NCBI GenBank assembly: GCA_963841015.1
Contig: CAWJAX010000003.1
Coordinates: 800,001-864,000 of the forward strand
Source of the DNA: an uncultured Methanoregulaceae archaeon
GTDB taxonomy: Archaea; Halobacteriota; Methanomicrobia; Methanomicrobiales; Methanospirillaceae
Length of the DNA stretch: 64,000 nucleotides
Direction of reading: 5' to 3'
The notes beneath the pieces were generated by a model. It was given only the letters and a program-made list of their open reading frames with translations, searched no databases and was not told the origin of the DNA. Below are positions 10,749 to 23,177 of this stretch, in pieces (positions within the stretch are counted from its first letter, which is position 1; each line of letters opens with the position of its first letter). A program made the translations under genes and the position numbers.

Positions 10749-11033
10749 ATGCCTGCCAAAGACCCCACCTGCATAAGCGAGGTGACCATTGTCCCGGAAG
10801 TTATAGAATATATCAAAAAACGGGACTGCGATTTTCGCATCTGCACATCCTGTGGCGGACCAATACTTTTACCGATCCGTATCAAACCCCCGAAAAAGAC
10901 TGATCTCCTTCTCAGGGCAGGAAATCATATGATCTATGTTTCTGTTCATCAGGCCCGATTCCTGCACAACATCCGGATGGATATGGTTCCCTTTTTTGAT
11001 GATGATGATCTTGTCGGACATGAATGCGGATGA
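10749..11033 (+). CDS. Conserved hypothetical protein (CxxCGG motif, HesB-like)
   Basis: DFRICTSCGGPILLP..KPPK; first gene of the archease-rtcB unit. Confidence 0.6.
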   Translation: MPAKDPTCISEVTIVPEVIEYIKKRDCDFRICTSCGGPILLPIRIKPPKKTDLLLRAGNHMIYVSVHQARFLHNIRMDMVPFFDDDDLVGHECG

Positions 11034-11437
11034 GTTTTGAAGAAATTTCCCATACGGCAGATGTAAAAATCCGGGTACATGCGCCCACACTTGAAGCACT
11101 TTTTTCTGAAACCTTCAAAGCCCTGATGCAGGTGATGTACGGGACAGATCGTGCCGGGAGCATTCGAAGGACCATCACACTTCAATCCTCTGATAACGAA
11201 TCGCTCCTTGCAGATTTCCTTTCAGAGGTGCTTTTCTTATCCGAAGTGGAAAGTCTTGTCTTTTCAGATGCTGGTGTCACAGTAAGCGGTCAGGGTCTCA
11301 GAGCAGAACTTTCTGGTGAACCATTCGATCCTGTCCGTCATTCAGGAGGATCTGAAGTGAAAGGGATTTCCTATTCAGGACTCGCAATCACGCATGAGGC
11401 GAATGGATATATGCTGGACATCATATTTGATGTTTAA
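11030..11437 (+). CDS. Archease
   Basis: SHTADV N-terminus, EVKGISY, C-terminal IIFDV; directly upstream of rtcB. Confidence 0.93.
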   Translation: MSFEEISHTADVKIRVHAPTLEALFSETFKALMQVMYGTDRAGSIRRTITLQSSDNESLLADFLSEVLFLSEVESLVFSDAGVTVSGQGLRAELSGEPFDPVRHSGGSEVKGISYSGLAITHEANGYMLDIIFDV

Positions 11438-11462
11438 TACTAATGGCAGAGTGTGATAGACG

Positions 11463-12897
11463 GTGCTTGAAGGAATAAACCAAATCGGCATGCATGAATG
11501 GGAGGTACCTGTTGGATATGTAGCTGGCATGCGGGTCCCGGGACGATTCTTTCTTTCTGAGTCATTAGGAAAGACGCTCGAACCGGGTGCTGTCCAGCAG
11601 CTCGCGAACGTGGCAACCCTGCCCGGCATACTGAAAAATTCGCTTGCGATGCCCGATATCCACTGGGGTTATGGATTCCCTATCGGGGGCGTAGCTGCGT
11701 TTTCTGTTGATGAGGGGATTATCTCTCCCGGGGGAGTCGGGTTCGATATTAATTGCGGGGTGCGATTACTTGCAACACCACTCCTCTATAAGGATGTTGC
11801 CGGCCGCAGGGATCTTATCGATGAGCCTCTTCCGAACGGTCCCTACTGGGGTAGGTGCAAAGAGTTCAAAGAAGGTGTCTTCCCAAGTGCTCGAAGGTAT
11901 GATGGTACACGGGGCCAAATGGGCGGTCAAGGCAGGATACGGCGTTGAACGTGACCTCATGCGGTGTGAAGAAGAGGGATTCATGAAAGCTGCAGACATG
12001 CGCGCCGTCTCTGCCAAAGCAAAACTACGCGGAATACCTCAGGGAGGGACACTTGGATCAGGAAATCATTTCCTTGAAATCCAGGTTGTGCGTGAAATTT
12101 TTAACCCTGGTGCGGCAAAAGCGTTTGGCCTTGCCCTCGGACAGGTCTGCTGTATGATCCACTGCGGTTCCCGGGGGCTCGGGCACCAGGTATGCACGGA
12201 TCATCTGAAGATACTCGAAAGCGCAACCAGAAAATATCATATCACAATTCCTGATCGCCAACTTGCCTGTGCACCGATAACCTCTCCGGAAGGCGTGGCA
12301 TATTTTGGTGCCATGGCAGCCGCAGCCAACTATGCATGGGCGAACCGGCAGATGATCACCCATACAACCCGTCAGGTACTATCTAAGATGTTCAGGATTG
12401 AATACGATCAAATGCCGCTCATATACGATGTCGCGCATAATGTTGCAAAGATGGAGGAGCATGTTCTGGATGGGAAGCACATGAATGTCTGTGTGCATCG
12501 AAAAGGTGCTACCCGTGCATTCGGACCAGGATCACGGGATCTTCCTCCTGATCTTACTTCGTTTGGGCAACCTGTTATCATCCCCGGCAGTATGGGTACG
12601 TCTTCATTCGTTTTACACGGAACTCAGGTTGCCATGGACAGAACATTCGGGAGCACCTGTCACGGTGCAGGGAGAATAATGAGCCGGACACAGGCAAAAA
12701 AGAATCTGAGTGGGAGAGAAATCACGGCGAATCTCTTAAAAGAGGGTATTATTGTCCGATCACACAGCGAAAACGCCATCGCTGACGAAGCTCCGGATGT
12801 TTACAAACCCAGTGATGAAGTGGTAAATGTAGTTCATGAGGTGGGGATATCCCGGCTTGTTGCACGTCTGTCACCACTTGGAGTGATCAAGGGATGA
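11463..12897 (+). CDS. rtcB: tRNA-splicing ligase RtcB; one frameshift near 11826
   Basis: Motifs [55 protein letters not shown]. Confidence 0.93.
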
Positions 12898-13469
12898 GCT
12901 GTCGTGCAGGTTTTGTCTGGGGGACAAAACAGCACTTCAACCGGTATATCGAAGACTGCGGTATTTCCTGTGAACTTGTCACCCCACATATGCTCGCGGC
13001 CCCTTTTTTCCGGGGCACATTCAATTGTCTTATTATTCCTACAGGTTTTGCAAACCCTGCTTATTCAAACCTTCTTCCGGCACTCCGCGCCTCCTCATCA
13101 CGAATCAAAAAATTTGTGGAAAATGGTGGAAATCTCCTTGTCTTCGGTGCAGCTACCGATAAACCGGATGCCTATGACTGGCTCCCCTTTCCGGTTAAGT
13201 ACCGGCATGACAGCCACCCGCGCCGGATTGAGTGCAGTTCATGTTCCTATACCGGAACACTCATTGACGATTATGATCCCATGTGCATTGAGTGCGATGG
13301 CTCATTTCCATCACACGAAGGGGAGCGTATTGGAATTGCAGAATCATCAGATGTAATTATTGAAAAGATATTAGGAGAAGGGAGAATTGTCGTGACAAGT
13401 GTCCATGAGTTTCCCTCAAAGGGATTTTTAAAAAGTTTCTGCACTGCAGGAAAAGAAAGCACACTCTAG
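12894..13469 (+). CDS. Hypothetical protein, class I glutamine amidotransferase-like fold
   Basis: LIIPTGF..FVENGGNLLVFGA..GRIVVTSVHE; overlaps the rtcB stop codon. Confidence 0.6.
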   Translation: MSCRAGFVWGTKQHFNRYIEDCGISCELVTPHMLAAPFFRGTFNCLIIPTGFANPAYSNLLPALRASSSRIKKFVENGGNLLVFGAATDKPDAYDWLPFPVKYRHDSHPRRIECSSCSYTGTLIDDYDPMCIECDGSFPSHEGERIGIAESSDVIIEKILGEGRIVVTSVHEFPSKGFLKSFCTAGKESTL

Positions 13470-13551
13470 GAAAAATAGGTTGCGATTAAAAAGTTATTAG
13501 CTTATAGCAGGAAGTTCATGGGAAAAAACTGCGCATCTTTTTTAAAAAAAT

Positions 13552-13764
13552 GGCTCTGTAAAAAATGCCCGGTACCACGCAAAACGCTCACGGGGGTTTC
13601 ATCCCCGCTGCTGTGGCTTCCACGAATGCGATAATCTCCGAACTGGTAATACTCATCATCGTTGCTTATGCGCAGAGACGGTAAAGGGATACAGACACGG
13701 TCCCCCGCCTTAATCATACCTGTGCTTTTAGTTCATTGCCTCATACGAGGAATTCTGTAGAGCT
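13552..13764 (+). mobile_element. MITE family copy (213 bp)
   Basis: Ends ggctctgtaaaaaat / aattctgtagagct; core aaacgctcacgggggtttcatccccgctgctgtggc..gcgata; A-rich flanks aaaaaaat / aaaaacaa. Confidence 0.85.
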
Positions 13765-13851
13765 AAAAACAACTTATTCCTTATTGAAAAGATTAACTAT
13801 CCGTAAAGGGTGTTGAAGGTTTATTATATTTTACTTCATTAGTATGTAACA

Positions 13852-16525
13852 ATGGATTTAACCCATCTTAAAAAACATCAGTCATACATTATTGTCGGAT
13901 TACTTCTCCTGTTTATGGGGATTGCCCTTGTTCTCAGGATGATACCTGTATTGTTCATCAAAGATCAAGGATTTCTGTATATTTTCGACACGGATTCCTG
14001 GTATACCATGAGACAGGTTGAGGTTATGGTCAGGGATTTTCCCCGGTACAACTGGTTTGATCCGATGACTGCTTATCCCACAGGAAAGGTAATTGACTGG
14101 GGGCCGCTCTACCCATTCATTGCCGCGACTCTTTCCCTGATAACAGGTGCAACGACACGCAGTGAGATTATTAATTCAACAGGCTGGGTAGCCCCACTCA
14201 TGGCCGTGATGATGGTCCCGGTTATGTTCCAGCTGGGAAAGACGGTTTGGAACTGGAAAGCGGGACTTGTCGCTGCGGGACTTATCAGCTGTCGTTTCAA
14301 TCCAGTATTTTTCCCTTTCATCGTATGGGTGGGCTGATCATCATATCGCTGAAGTTCTTTTCAGCACGCTCTTTTTCCTGTCCTACATCTTTACCCTAAT
14401 CTATGTGAAAAGTAACCCGATCGACTTAAAACAGTGGAAAACACTTATTTTTCCGCTTTTCCTCTCAACGATTACCGGAATAATTTTTTTCCTCGCACTC
14501 CTTTCATCTCCAACAGTTGTCCTCTCACTGATTATTATTGCAGTCTACATACTGATTCAGTTTAGTCTGGATTATTTCTCGAATCAGGATTCTACCTATC
14601 TCTTTGCAGTAACTGTTGGGGTATTTTTAATTTCAATAATTCTTCTCTTCCTCTTTGGTTTCAAACAGGAAAGCTTAGCACTAACCCAATATTCCATCGG
14701 GATTGTCTATCTGTATTGCGCGCTTATTGCTGAAACAATAGTGCTTTTTATTCTCTCAGCAATCTTCCAGGGAAAAAAACTGGCATATGTTGGGAGTCTT
14801 GTTGTACTCACAGCAGCGGGATTCGTAGTAATCAAGAGTATTCCCCTGTTCCAGATACTTGTTGATCAGGTACTGGGACTAGTGTTCGGTTTCTCGGTGT
14901 ATTCTGTTGCAGTGGTTGAGACACACCCCTGGACTCTGACAGGGGCCTGGGAAAATTTTACTATCGCACTTATTCTGATGGTGGGAGGACTGCTGGTCCT
15001 GGGATACTCCGCAGTAAAGAAAAGAACCATTCAGACTGTGTTCCTGTTAGTATGGTCTGTTGCCATGCTTCTTCTTACCATCCGATTCCAGAGATTTCAG
15101 TATTATTTCACGGTCAATGTGGTTCTGCTGTCGGCGATATGTATCGCTGAACCCCTCCGTTGGAAAAAAGATTCAATAATTCGGTGCAGTTCCCCTATAA
15201 TCTCACGGTTCTATAAATCCCCTGTTCCTCCCATCAACACAGGGGGAGATAATTCCATAAATAATCCCCCAACAAAAAAAAGTAAAAAGAAGGAAACAAA
15301 ATCTCCTGTAAAAAAACCGGTAAATTACACGGGAACTTTAAAAGATCTTACTGTTGCAGCAATAGTATTTCTTACAATTGCTCTCATAACATTTTCAGTG
15401 TTTCAGGATATCCAGTATGGATTTAGTACTCCACAGCATCAGATTTCACCAGACTGGACAGAGTCGTTCTCATGGTTGGAAAATAACACACCCATGACAG
15501 GAATTGATTATTTTACATCGTATGAAGCACGTGGGTTTTCCTACCCTCCGGAATCCTATGGGATCATGGCTGTCTGGGATGCCGGTCACTGGATCACGTT
15601 CTTTGCACAACGGATTCCAATTACCAATCCATTTCAGGACAATCTAAGGGGTAGTACAGGAGCTGCCGCATATTTCCTGAGTCAAAACGAATCGGAAGCA
15701 GACACTATCCTTCAATCATTGGGGGGAAAATATGTTATCACCAATTCAGAAATGGCAGTCGACACGTTCACGAACCTGGTTCCATGGCCGAGCGATTCTG
15801 TAGATATTTCACCGTATATCAAATGGTTCATGGTCAGGGACTCAAACGATCCCTCAAGATTGCAAAAGGTTCACCGGTACGATGACGGATATTTCAAAAC
15901 GATGGTCGTCCGGCTCCATATTTTTGATGGTTCAATGCAAATCCCGAAAACAGAAACCTATGTCCAGTATGTGATCCGTCAGGTGCCAGCCTCTGGAGAG
16001 ACCTCCGGGGAGGTTAACGGTTATGCCCGGGTAATTACAAGCGAACAGGACCGGGAAATTTCACCCGTTCAAAATGATACCCGGATTATTCAAGAGGGAA
16101 CAAATATTACACCCGGTCAATACGCAAATATTTTCTCCGGTTTTCCGAACCAGACAGTATCGGAGATATCTGCACTGAAGCATTACCGGCTCATCCATGA
16201 ATCTCCGAATAACGCGTCCGTCAAAATTTTTCCGGAATCGGATACTATCATGCTATCGGACATCAAATATGTCAAAATCTTCGAATATGTCAAAGGTGCA
16301 CATATTCCTGGTAATGGAGTTATAGAGTTACCACTTGTGACAAACACCGGGCGTGTATTTGTCTACCAGCAGGAGAGTGAGAACGGGGAGTTTGTTGTCC
16401 CGTACTCAACCCAGGGAAATCCCTATGATGTGCATGCGACAGGGCAGTACAATATTGTCGGTACATCTCGATACATCACCGTTTCTGAGGATGATATTCG
16501 TATCGGAAGACAAGTAATTGGATGA
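13852..16525 (+). CDS. aglB: Oligosaccharyltransferase AglB/STT3 homolog; one frameshift near 14287; variant VWDAG motif
   Basis: Motifs DTDSWY, WFDPMTAYPTG, DHHIAE, QRFQYY, AVWDAGHWIT, TNPFQ, VKIFEYVKGA; many TM helices. Confidence 0.88.
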
Positions 16526-16680
16526 TGGGTCTTGAAACTGGATACTTATATGATTTTTTTTATGGGGAACTATGAGGATAAAGATGATAGCAGAAAAGAA
16601 AATATCCTTTTCATTTAAAATTAATTAATTCAACTAAATTGCAATTCAAATTTATAATAAGGATTATAGTATGGTAAAAT

Positions 16681-16708
16681 TTCAAACTCCCGTTTTCAAA
16701 CTCCCGTT
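16681..16708. repeat. Exact 14-bp tandem duplication (ttcaaactcccgtt x2)
   Basis: 16681-16694 is identical to 16695-16708. Confidence 0.9.
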
Positions 16709-16907
16709 AGTGATAATAACCAAAATCTGATACCAATGATAAGGGTTTGGTCAGACGGTCATGGGAATGTAGAATACCAATACCCCCACAGGTAGGAGAA
16801 ATTCCAAGAGAGTGATGGCGTCAGCAAGAGGTAGTAGAAGTCATTTAGTTGACAATTCTCGTAATAACGTTATAAATGAGTTTTCAAGTTCTTAAAGAAT
16901 ATAAAAC

Positions 16908-17339
16908 TCAACAGGATCCATCAAAAATTTCTATTATCGTAGGGTAATTTGGATATTTGTCAGGGGGTTGTCCGTAATATGGATCGCTGATTACAGTAGC
17001 ATTTATTGTCGTTTTTTCATTGATATTTTGATATATAGTTTCATCACTTGTCAAACTTATAAAATACTGATTATCGGCAATATCCATCCGTATTGCATTT
17101 ACTATACGGCGATCAGGAAAATCACCGGTGATTACTTTTTTTGAAAGAATGTGGAGTTTTTCACAATGCGCTCCCATGGAAAGATTATTATTTTGTGATT
17201 CGGATGAAGGGAGTTTCTGCGGGTCCAGCGATTTGCTTGATTCACTATATGCTACAGTACCGAGGCGACCACCAATACATCCTGCCGTCATGATTATTGT
17301 TACCAAAAAAATGCTGGTTATTGCAAAAATATATTTCAT
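16908..17339 (-). CDS. Hypothetical lipoprotein
   Basis: MKYIFAITSIFLVTIIMTAGC lipobox-like signal; AT-rich sequence. Confidence 0.6.
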   Translation of the reverse strand: MKYIFAITSIFLVTIIMTAGCIGGRLGTVAYSESSKSLDPQKLPSSESQNNNLSMGAHCEKLHILSKKVITGDFPDRRIVNAIRMDIADNQYFISLTSDETIYQNINEKTTINATVISDPYYGQPPDKYPNYPTIIEIFDGSC

Positions 17340-17510
17340 ATATCCTACTTTACAAGGAAAAAAATATAGTTTGCCATTTGATCTTCTCTCATATGACACC
17401 TCTTCGAACCCCTTATTAACACAAACATGCCAATAAGTACCCATCAACGATCACCCTTCGTTGATTCGAATAGTATACAAGAGCATACCATATGGGAGGA
17501 ATAATATTTT

Positions 17511-19472
17511 ATGATACTAGTACCAGATACGAGTGTCCTTATCGACGGACGTATTACATCGATGATAAAAGCCGGTGAATACAAAGGCGCTACAATAATC
17601 GTTCCCGAAGCAGTCATTGCAGAACTCGAAGCTCAGGCAAACAACGGGCGTGAGATAGGATTTTCCGGCCTGAACGAATTACAGCAGCTCTGCAAGATGG
17701 CAGAAGAAAAAACGATAGAACTCAAATTCTCCGGAATCCGCCCATCGCTCGAGCAGGTTAAGCTGGCAAGCGGTGGAGAGATCGATGCGATGATACGCAA
17801 CATCGCAATTGAGAATTCCGCACGGTTCATCACAAGTGATTTTGTTCAGGCTGAAGTGGCACGGGCAAAAGGACTGGACGTAATTTACTTAAAAGCTCAG
17901 GTGAGCGACTTCGTTCCCCTTGGCATTGACCAGTTCTTCGATGAACACACGATCGCAGTATATCTCAAGGAAAGAGTCTGCCCATCAGCTAAAAAGGGCA
18001 CCATTAACGATATGAAACTCGTGAAAATCCGCGAGCAGCCAACCAGCGAGTACAGACTCCGTGCCCTTGCACAGGAGATCCTCGAACGAGCGAAACGTGA
18101 TCCTGACGGGTTCATTGAAGTCGAGAAGCGGGGGATCACCGTTGTCCAGATAGGTTCCATGCGGATCGCGATTGCGCGTCGACCATTCTCAGATGGCATG
18201 GAAATCACTGCGGTTCGTCCGATCGTTGACGTAACACTGAAAGATTATGCGAAGGCAGACCTCATAACAAAAAGAATCACCAGCGAGAAGCGGGGATTAA
18301 TTATCGTTGGAGCTCCCGGTTCGGGAAAGACCACATTAGCACAGAGTGTGGCAACGTACCTTTCGGAGGGGGGTTTTGTCGTCAAGACCATGGAGGCACC
18401 CCGAGAACTCCAGGTGCCTGATCAGATTACCCAATACACCATGCTGGACGGCAGCATGTCCAACACCGCAGATGTTCTGTTACTGGTCAGGCCGGATTTT
18501 GTTATCTTTGACGAACTCCGAAAGAACGAGGATTTCAATGTCTTTGCCGATATGCGGCTTGCCGGTCTTGGCATGGTTGGTGTCATCCACGCAAACGGTG
18601 TTCAGGATGCAATCCAGCGATTTTCCGATCGTGTGGATTTTTCCGTCCTCTCACAGATCGTAAACACCATAATTTTTGTCAGGCAAGGCGTAATAACAAA
18701 CATTTACGATTTAGGTTTCACCATCAAGGTCCCCGAGGGAATGGAAAATGAAATGCACCTCCGCCCGGTAACAATCGTAACCGATCACGAAACGGGTGAA
18801 CTGGTAATCGATGTCTTCCGTTATGACGGCGAGACTATTGTGATGCCGATAGCCGCTGCGATAAATGCATCGAAAAAAGCCTCGCAGGTAATACCGGTTC
18901 ACAATGTCGGAGTTCCTGTTGCATCGGTTGTTAATCTCCGTTCACCGGTTCCCTTGCCGGATGCTACTCCCAGGAAAGAGAACGATGAGCGTCCCAATTG
19001 GAAACTCATGGAGAAAGAAATCCAGCGTGAAATCGGGCGTTACACTGAAGGCTTTGTTGATGTCCAGATGATTAGTGACACAAAAGCAATTGTCTATATT
19101 GATGACAAGGACGTGCCGGCAGCAATTGGCAAGGGCGGCAAGAATGTGTCCGCCATCGTAAACAAAATCGGTATCGGGATTGACATCAAACCCCGTTCTG
19201 AATTTGACCGGCAGCAGATGCAACCTCAGAAAAGCGATGCTGAGTTCAATCTGGGTGGCGGTATTAAGATCCAGACCGATAAAAAACAGCTCACCATCGT
19301 TGCCCCGGAACAGAGCGGTAAGATTGTGGATGTGTTTGCAGGTAAGGAATATCTTTTCACTGCCACGGTAAACGATACGGGAGAAATTCACCTCGCGAAG
19401 AACTCGAGCATAGCTCAAGAGATGATCCGGCGTTACCAGAACAGTGAGGTCATTAAACTCAGGCCGGTATAA
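17511..19472 (+). CDS. PINc/VapC-ATPase-KH protein (PINA family)
   Basis: N-terminal PIN domain (VPDTSVLIDG), Walker A GAPGSGKT, LLVRPDFVIFDE, C-terminal KH domain (IGKGGKN). Confidence 0.88.
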   Translation: MILVPDTSVLIDGRITSMIKAGEYKGATIIVPEAVIAELEAQANNGREIGFSGLNELQQLCKMAEEKTIELKFSGIRPSLEQVKLASGGEIDAMIRNIAIENSARFITSDFVQAEVARAKGLDVIYLKAQVSDFVPLGIDQFFDEHTIAVYLKERVCPSAKKGTINDMKLVKIREQPTSEYRLRALAQEILERAKRDPDGFIEVEKRGITVVQIGSMRIAIARRPFSDGMEITAVRPIVDVTLKDYAKADLITKRITSEKRGLIIVGAPGSGKTTLAQSVATYLSEGGFVVKTMEAPRELQVPDQITQYTMLDGSMSNTADVLLLVRPDFVIFDELRKNEDFNVFADMRLAGLGMVGVIHANGVQDAIQRFSDRVDFSVLSQIVNTIIFVRQGVITNIYDLGFTIKVPEGMENEMHLRPVTIVTDHETGELVIDVFRYDGETIVMPIAAAINASKKASQVIPVHNVGVPVASVVNLRSPVPLPDATPRKENDERPNWKLMEKEIQREIGRYTEGFVDVQMISDTKAIVYIDDKDVPAAIGKGGKNVSAIVNKIGIGIDIKPRSEFDRQQMQPQKSDAEFNLGGGIKIQTDKKQLTIVAPEQSGKIVDVFAGKEYLFTATVNDTGEIHLAKNSSIAQEMIRRYQNSEVIKLRPV

Positions 19473-19513
19473 TTGAAAAATTTTTTTTTCTAAAAAAACG
19501 AAGGTGAGTTGGT

Positions 19514-22294
19514 TTGAGCGCATTTGATCTGGGCAAATTTGAAGAAGAAGCACATGAAAAGTGGACGCATGCATTTGAGTCTAACCCGTCGAACCTTGAG
19601 AAATGTTACCTGACTGTTGCCTACCCGTATCCAAGCGGGGCGATGCATGTCGGGCATGGCAGAACGTATATTGTCCCTGATGTAATCGCACGGTTCTGGC
19701 GGATGCGGGGCAAACAGGTTCTCTACCCCATGGCGTTTCATGTCACGGGAGCCCCGGTCATTGGCATTTCAAAACGAATCGCGAACAATGATCCCAAGAC
19801 TATTCATCTCTATCGCGATCTTTATAAAGTCCCGCAGAATGTCCTTGATGAATTCATTGATCCACTGACCATCGTCCGCCACTTCGCGAGTGAATACCAA
19901 AGAGTGATGACTGCCTGTGGGATTTCAATTGACTGGCGCCGACGGTTTACTACGGTTGATCCAACCTACAGCAAATTTATCGAGTGGCAGTGGAAGCACC
20001 TCTTCGAAGCAGGGCATGTAATCAAAGGAGCTCACCCCGTCCGCTACTGCACCGTTGATGATAATCCCGTTGGAGACCATGACCTTCTTGAGGGGGACAA
20101 AGCGGAGGTAATCAAATTTACCCTTGTTATGTTCCAACTTGGTGATGCGTTTATCCCCACAGCAACACTCCGGCCTGAAACGATTTATGGTGTAACTAAT
20201 CTCTGGGCAAATCCGAACATTACCTATGTCAGGGCAGTTGTGGATGGAATCACATGGATTATCTCACCGGAAGCAGCAGAGAAGCTCTCGTTGCAGGATC
20301 ATACGGTAGAGGTACAAGAAAAGATTTCCGGCAGGGATCTGATCGATAAAACTGTCAGCCACCCACTTTGTGGCAAGGTGCCAATTCTGCCAGCCGACTT
20401 TGTTGATCCTGACATGGCAAGTGGGCTTGTTATGAGTGTTCCCGCTCATGCACCGTTTGATTACATCGCACTCCGGGATCTCCAGCACACCGGAAAATAT
20501 ACCCAAATCAAACCTGTGCCTTTAATAAAAGTCGAAGGGTACGGTGAAATTCCCGCACAGGATGCTGTTGAGAAGGGTGGCATCACCCACCAGATGGACA
20601 GCCGTATGGATTCACTCACGCAGGAGATTTATTCTGCTGAATTCTCCAAAGGTAAGCTTTTCGACAAATATGGGGGAAAACCCGTTCGAGTGGCACGTGA
20701 TGAAATATCTGCACTCATGATCGAGAAGTACGCTTCGAAAATTATGTACGAGTTCGACACAAGGCCGGTCGTGTGTCGCTGTGGCAATAAAGTTAAAGTC
20801 AAGATCCTGCATGACCAGTGGTTCTTGAAATACAGTGACCCTGGATGGAAAACACAGGTCAGTGACCATCTTGGGGATATGGCTCTGGTCCCACCGGAGG
20901 TCCGGCTTGAGTTTGAACGCACCGTTGACTGGCTGAAGGACTGGGCATGCACAAGGCGTGTTGGTCTTGGCACCAGATTCCCTTGGGATACAACACAACT
21001 CATCGAACCTCTTTCGGATTCTACAGTTTATATGGCGTACTACACCATTGCGCATAAAATCCGTGAGATCAACCCAAAACTTCTCACACCGGAAGTCTTT
21101 GACTTCATCTACCTTGGGAAAGAATCCCCGGAATTGCCAGAGAAAAAGAAACTTGAAGCGATGAGAAAGGAGTTCCTGTACTGGTATCCATACAATTACC
21201 GGTTCTCGGCAAAAGATTTGATTTCCAACCACCTCACATTCCAGCTCTTCCACCATGTCTCGATATTCCCCAAGGATAAACTTCCGCTGGGTATGGCCGT
21301 TTTTGGTATGGGGCTCCTCAATGGTGCAAAGATGTCGTCTTCAAAAGGTAATGTCTTCCTGCTCGAAGACGCAGTAAGTGATTTTGGTGCAGACACTGTC
21401 CGCATGTTCCTGATGGGCAGTGCTGAACCCTGGCAGGACTTTGACTGGAGAAATGAACTGGTCATCTCGACAAAAAAGCAGATCGAGAGGTTCTTCAACA
21501 CGGTGCTTGAATCCAAAGACGCAGAGGGTGAACCGCATGATATCGATCGCTGGTTAATAAGCCGGTTGCAATCGCATATCAACCGCACCACCGATGCGCT
21601 CACCAACTTCCAGACCCGCCAGGCTTTGCAGGAGGCCTATTTCGGGATTGAAACTGACCTCAAATGGTACCGCCGCCGGCTCGCCAAAAACAGTGATGGA
21701 AGCAGGGAGTTACACACACTCTGTTCGGTATGGATCAGGCTCCTTGCCCCATTCATCCCGTTCACTGCTGAACATCTCTGGAAGGATCTCTCCGAGGAAG
21801 GGCTTGTATCGTTTGCTCCATGGCCGGTTGCGAATGAAAAACTGGTAAATAACAGGATCGAACTTGCTGAAGAACTCATCTCACGAACAGTTGAGGATAT
21901 CGAGTCGATAAGGAAACTTATCCAGATAACACCGAAATCGATCACAATTTCAATTGCCCCTGCATGGAAACAAGAGATTTTTCTTATAATTGCCAAATCA
22001 AACGACCGGAACACCGTGATTAAAGAAATCATGAAGGATGACGCGATGCGCAGGCGGGGGAAAGAAGCAACCGATGCTGCAAAGCAGTGTACGACTCTTA
22101 TCCACCGGTTACCCCCGTACATTGTAGAACCCCTCGTAAAGGAGTCAATCAATGAAATGGCAGTCTTTGAAGCAGCAAAGATATTCCTGGAAGAAGAGTT
22201 TGGAGTACCAGTTCACATCACAGAAGCAGAATCAAGTGAGCACGCCAAAGCTGCAACAGCTCTACCGTTCAAACCGGCGATTATTATTGAATGA
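19514..22294 (+). CDS. leuS: Leucine--tRNA ligase (archaeal type)
   Basis: [13 protein letters not shown] (HIGH), [24 protein letters not shown]. Confidence 0.96.
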   Translation: MSAFDLGKFEEEAHEKWTHAFESNPSNLEKCYLTVAYPYPSGAMHVGHGRTYIVPDVIARFWRMRGKQVLYPMAFHVTGAPVIGISKRIANNDPKTIHLYRDLYKVPQNVLDEFIDPLTIVRHFASEYQRVMTACGISIDWRRRFTTVDPTYSKFIEWQWKHLFEAGHVIKGAHPVRYCTVDDNPVGDHDLLEGDKAEVIKFTLVMFQLGDAFIPTATLRPETIYGVTNLWANPNITYVRAVVDGITWIISPEAAEKLSLQDHTVEVQEKISGRDLIDKTVSHPLCGKVPILPADFVDPDMASGLVMSVPAHAPFDYIALRDLQHTGKYTQIKPVPLIKVEGYGEIPAQDAVEKGGITHQMDSRMDSLTQEIYSAEFSKGKLFDKYGGKPVRVARDEISALMIEKYASKIMYEFDTRPVVCRCGNKVKVKILHDQWFLKYSDPGWKTQVSDHLGDMALVPPEVRLEFERTVDWLKDWACTRRVGLGTRFPWDTTQLIEPLSDSTVYMAYYTIAHKIREINPKLLTPEVFDFIYLGKESPELPEKKKLEAMRKEFLYWYPYNYRFSAKDLISNHLTFQLFHHVSIFPKDKLPLGMAVFGMGLLNGAKMSSSKGNVFLLEDAVSDFGADTVRMFLMGSAEPWQDFDWRNELVISTKKQIERFFNTVLESKDAEGEPHDIDRWLISRLQSHINRTTDALTNFQTRQALQEAYFGIETDLKWYRRRLAKNSDGSRELHTLCSVWIRLLAPFIPFTAEHLWKDLSEEGLVSFAPWPVANEKLVNNRIELAEELISRTVEDIESIRKLIQITPKSITISIAPAWKQEIFLIIAKSNDRNTVIKEIMKDDAMRRRGKEATDAAKQCTTLIHRLPPYIVEPLVKESINEMAVFEAAKIFLEEEFGVPVHITEAESSEHAKAATALPFKPAIIIE

Positions 22295-22329
22295 TACTAC
22301 CCTTTTAAAGAGAGTATCATAATTTTTTT
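22291..22329 (+). terminator. Hairpin plus T-run after leuS
   Basis: atgatact..agtatcat inverted repeat followed by a run of seven T. Confidence 0.5.
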
Positions 22330-22776
22330 AAGCATATTTTCACGTGTGGGGGGATACTTCATTATCAGGATGATGCCTGAGATTTCCCAAAAAATTATTT
22401 TTTAATCGCATTCTGAACTTTGAAAATTACATCAGCTGACAGGACATGCATTTTATGGGCAGGTTCTGCATGATCGATAAATTTTCTCATAAGTTCGTGA
22501 TTTGTCGTTCCATGCGCTTCAAACGGACAATCAATTCCGATATCTTTGCACATAAATGAGGGCATTATTGGTATTCTCCTTTTCTTTTAGACTGGAACAG
22601 AATTGATTATCAATAAATGCAACGCGCTGGTGCATTGCACCGTCGCCTTTCAGGTTTAACAATCGGACCATGTTAGCCTGGATAACCTGATGGCCATAGC
22701 ATTCCTTATCCACAAACAAGGTATACAGTAGAATGAGACTCTTTGTAAGGGAAATGCCTCGGGCAGACAATTCCGG

Positions 22777-23170
22777 ATGAAGCTGGTATTGGCAGGATTT
22801 CTTTTGTTAATAAGAATAATCGGTTGTTTCACGGTTGCAGGTCTTGTTAATACCCGGAAAGTGCAATGGGTGGTGACCATTCATTTTCCGGGGTGATGTT
22901 TTCCCTTGATGGTTCAATGGTTTTTACAGGGGGCAGCCAGATTTTGAACCGTTCTTGGAATGGAGAGGAACATTGGGGGGTCTGTCTGGAACCCTCGCAA
23001 CCATGAGCACAGATGGATGCCGTGTCATTTCTGCAATTGACAACAGAATTCGAGGTATAGACAATAATGGCCAGGAAATATGGACCAGAAATGAGGGTGC
23101 CCTGTTTCGTGCGGAATCAGACAGGGAGTTTCTTCCGGTATATCCTTCCCGCACGGTTCACAGGCCCCTG
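22777..23170 (+). pseudogene. Remnant of a secreted WD40/PQQ-type beta-propeller protein
   Basis: Signal-like MKLVLAGFLLL, then across frameshifts FSGVMFSLDGSMVFTGGSQ..SWNGEEHWG and TMSTDGCRVISAIDN..DNNGQEIWTRN; truncated. Confidence 0.55.
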
Positions 23171-23177
23171 GGGAATA

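Noticed and set aside
11463-12897. Intein or split gene in rtcB
   Set aside because: The joined length (about 477 aa) is normal, there are no intein motifs, and one extra C explains the break.
22531-22770. 79-aa minus-strand ORF with GDGA..NN resembling a TPP-binding motif
   Set aside because: It has a TTG start, no other TPP-enzyme features and is far too short, so it is probably coincidental.
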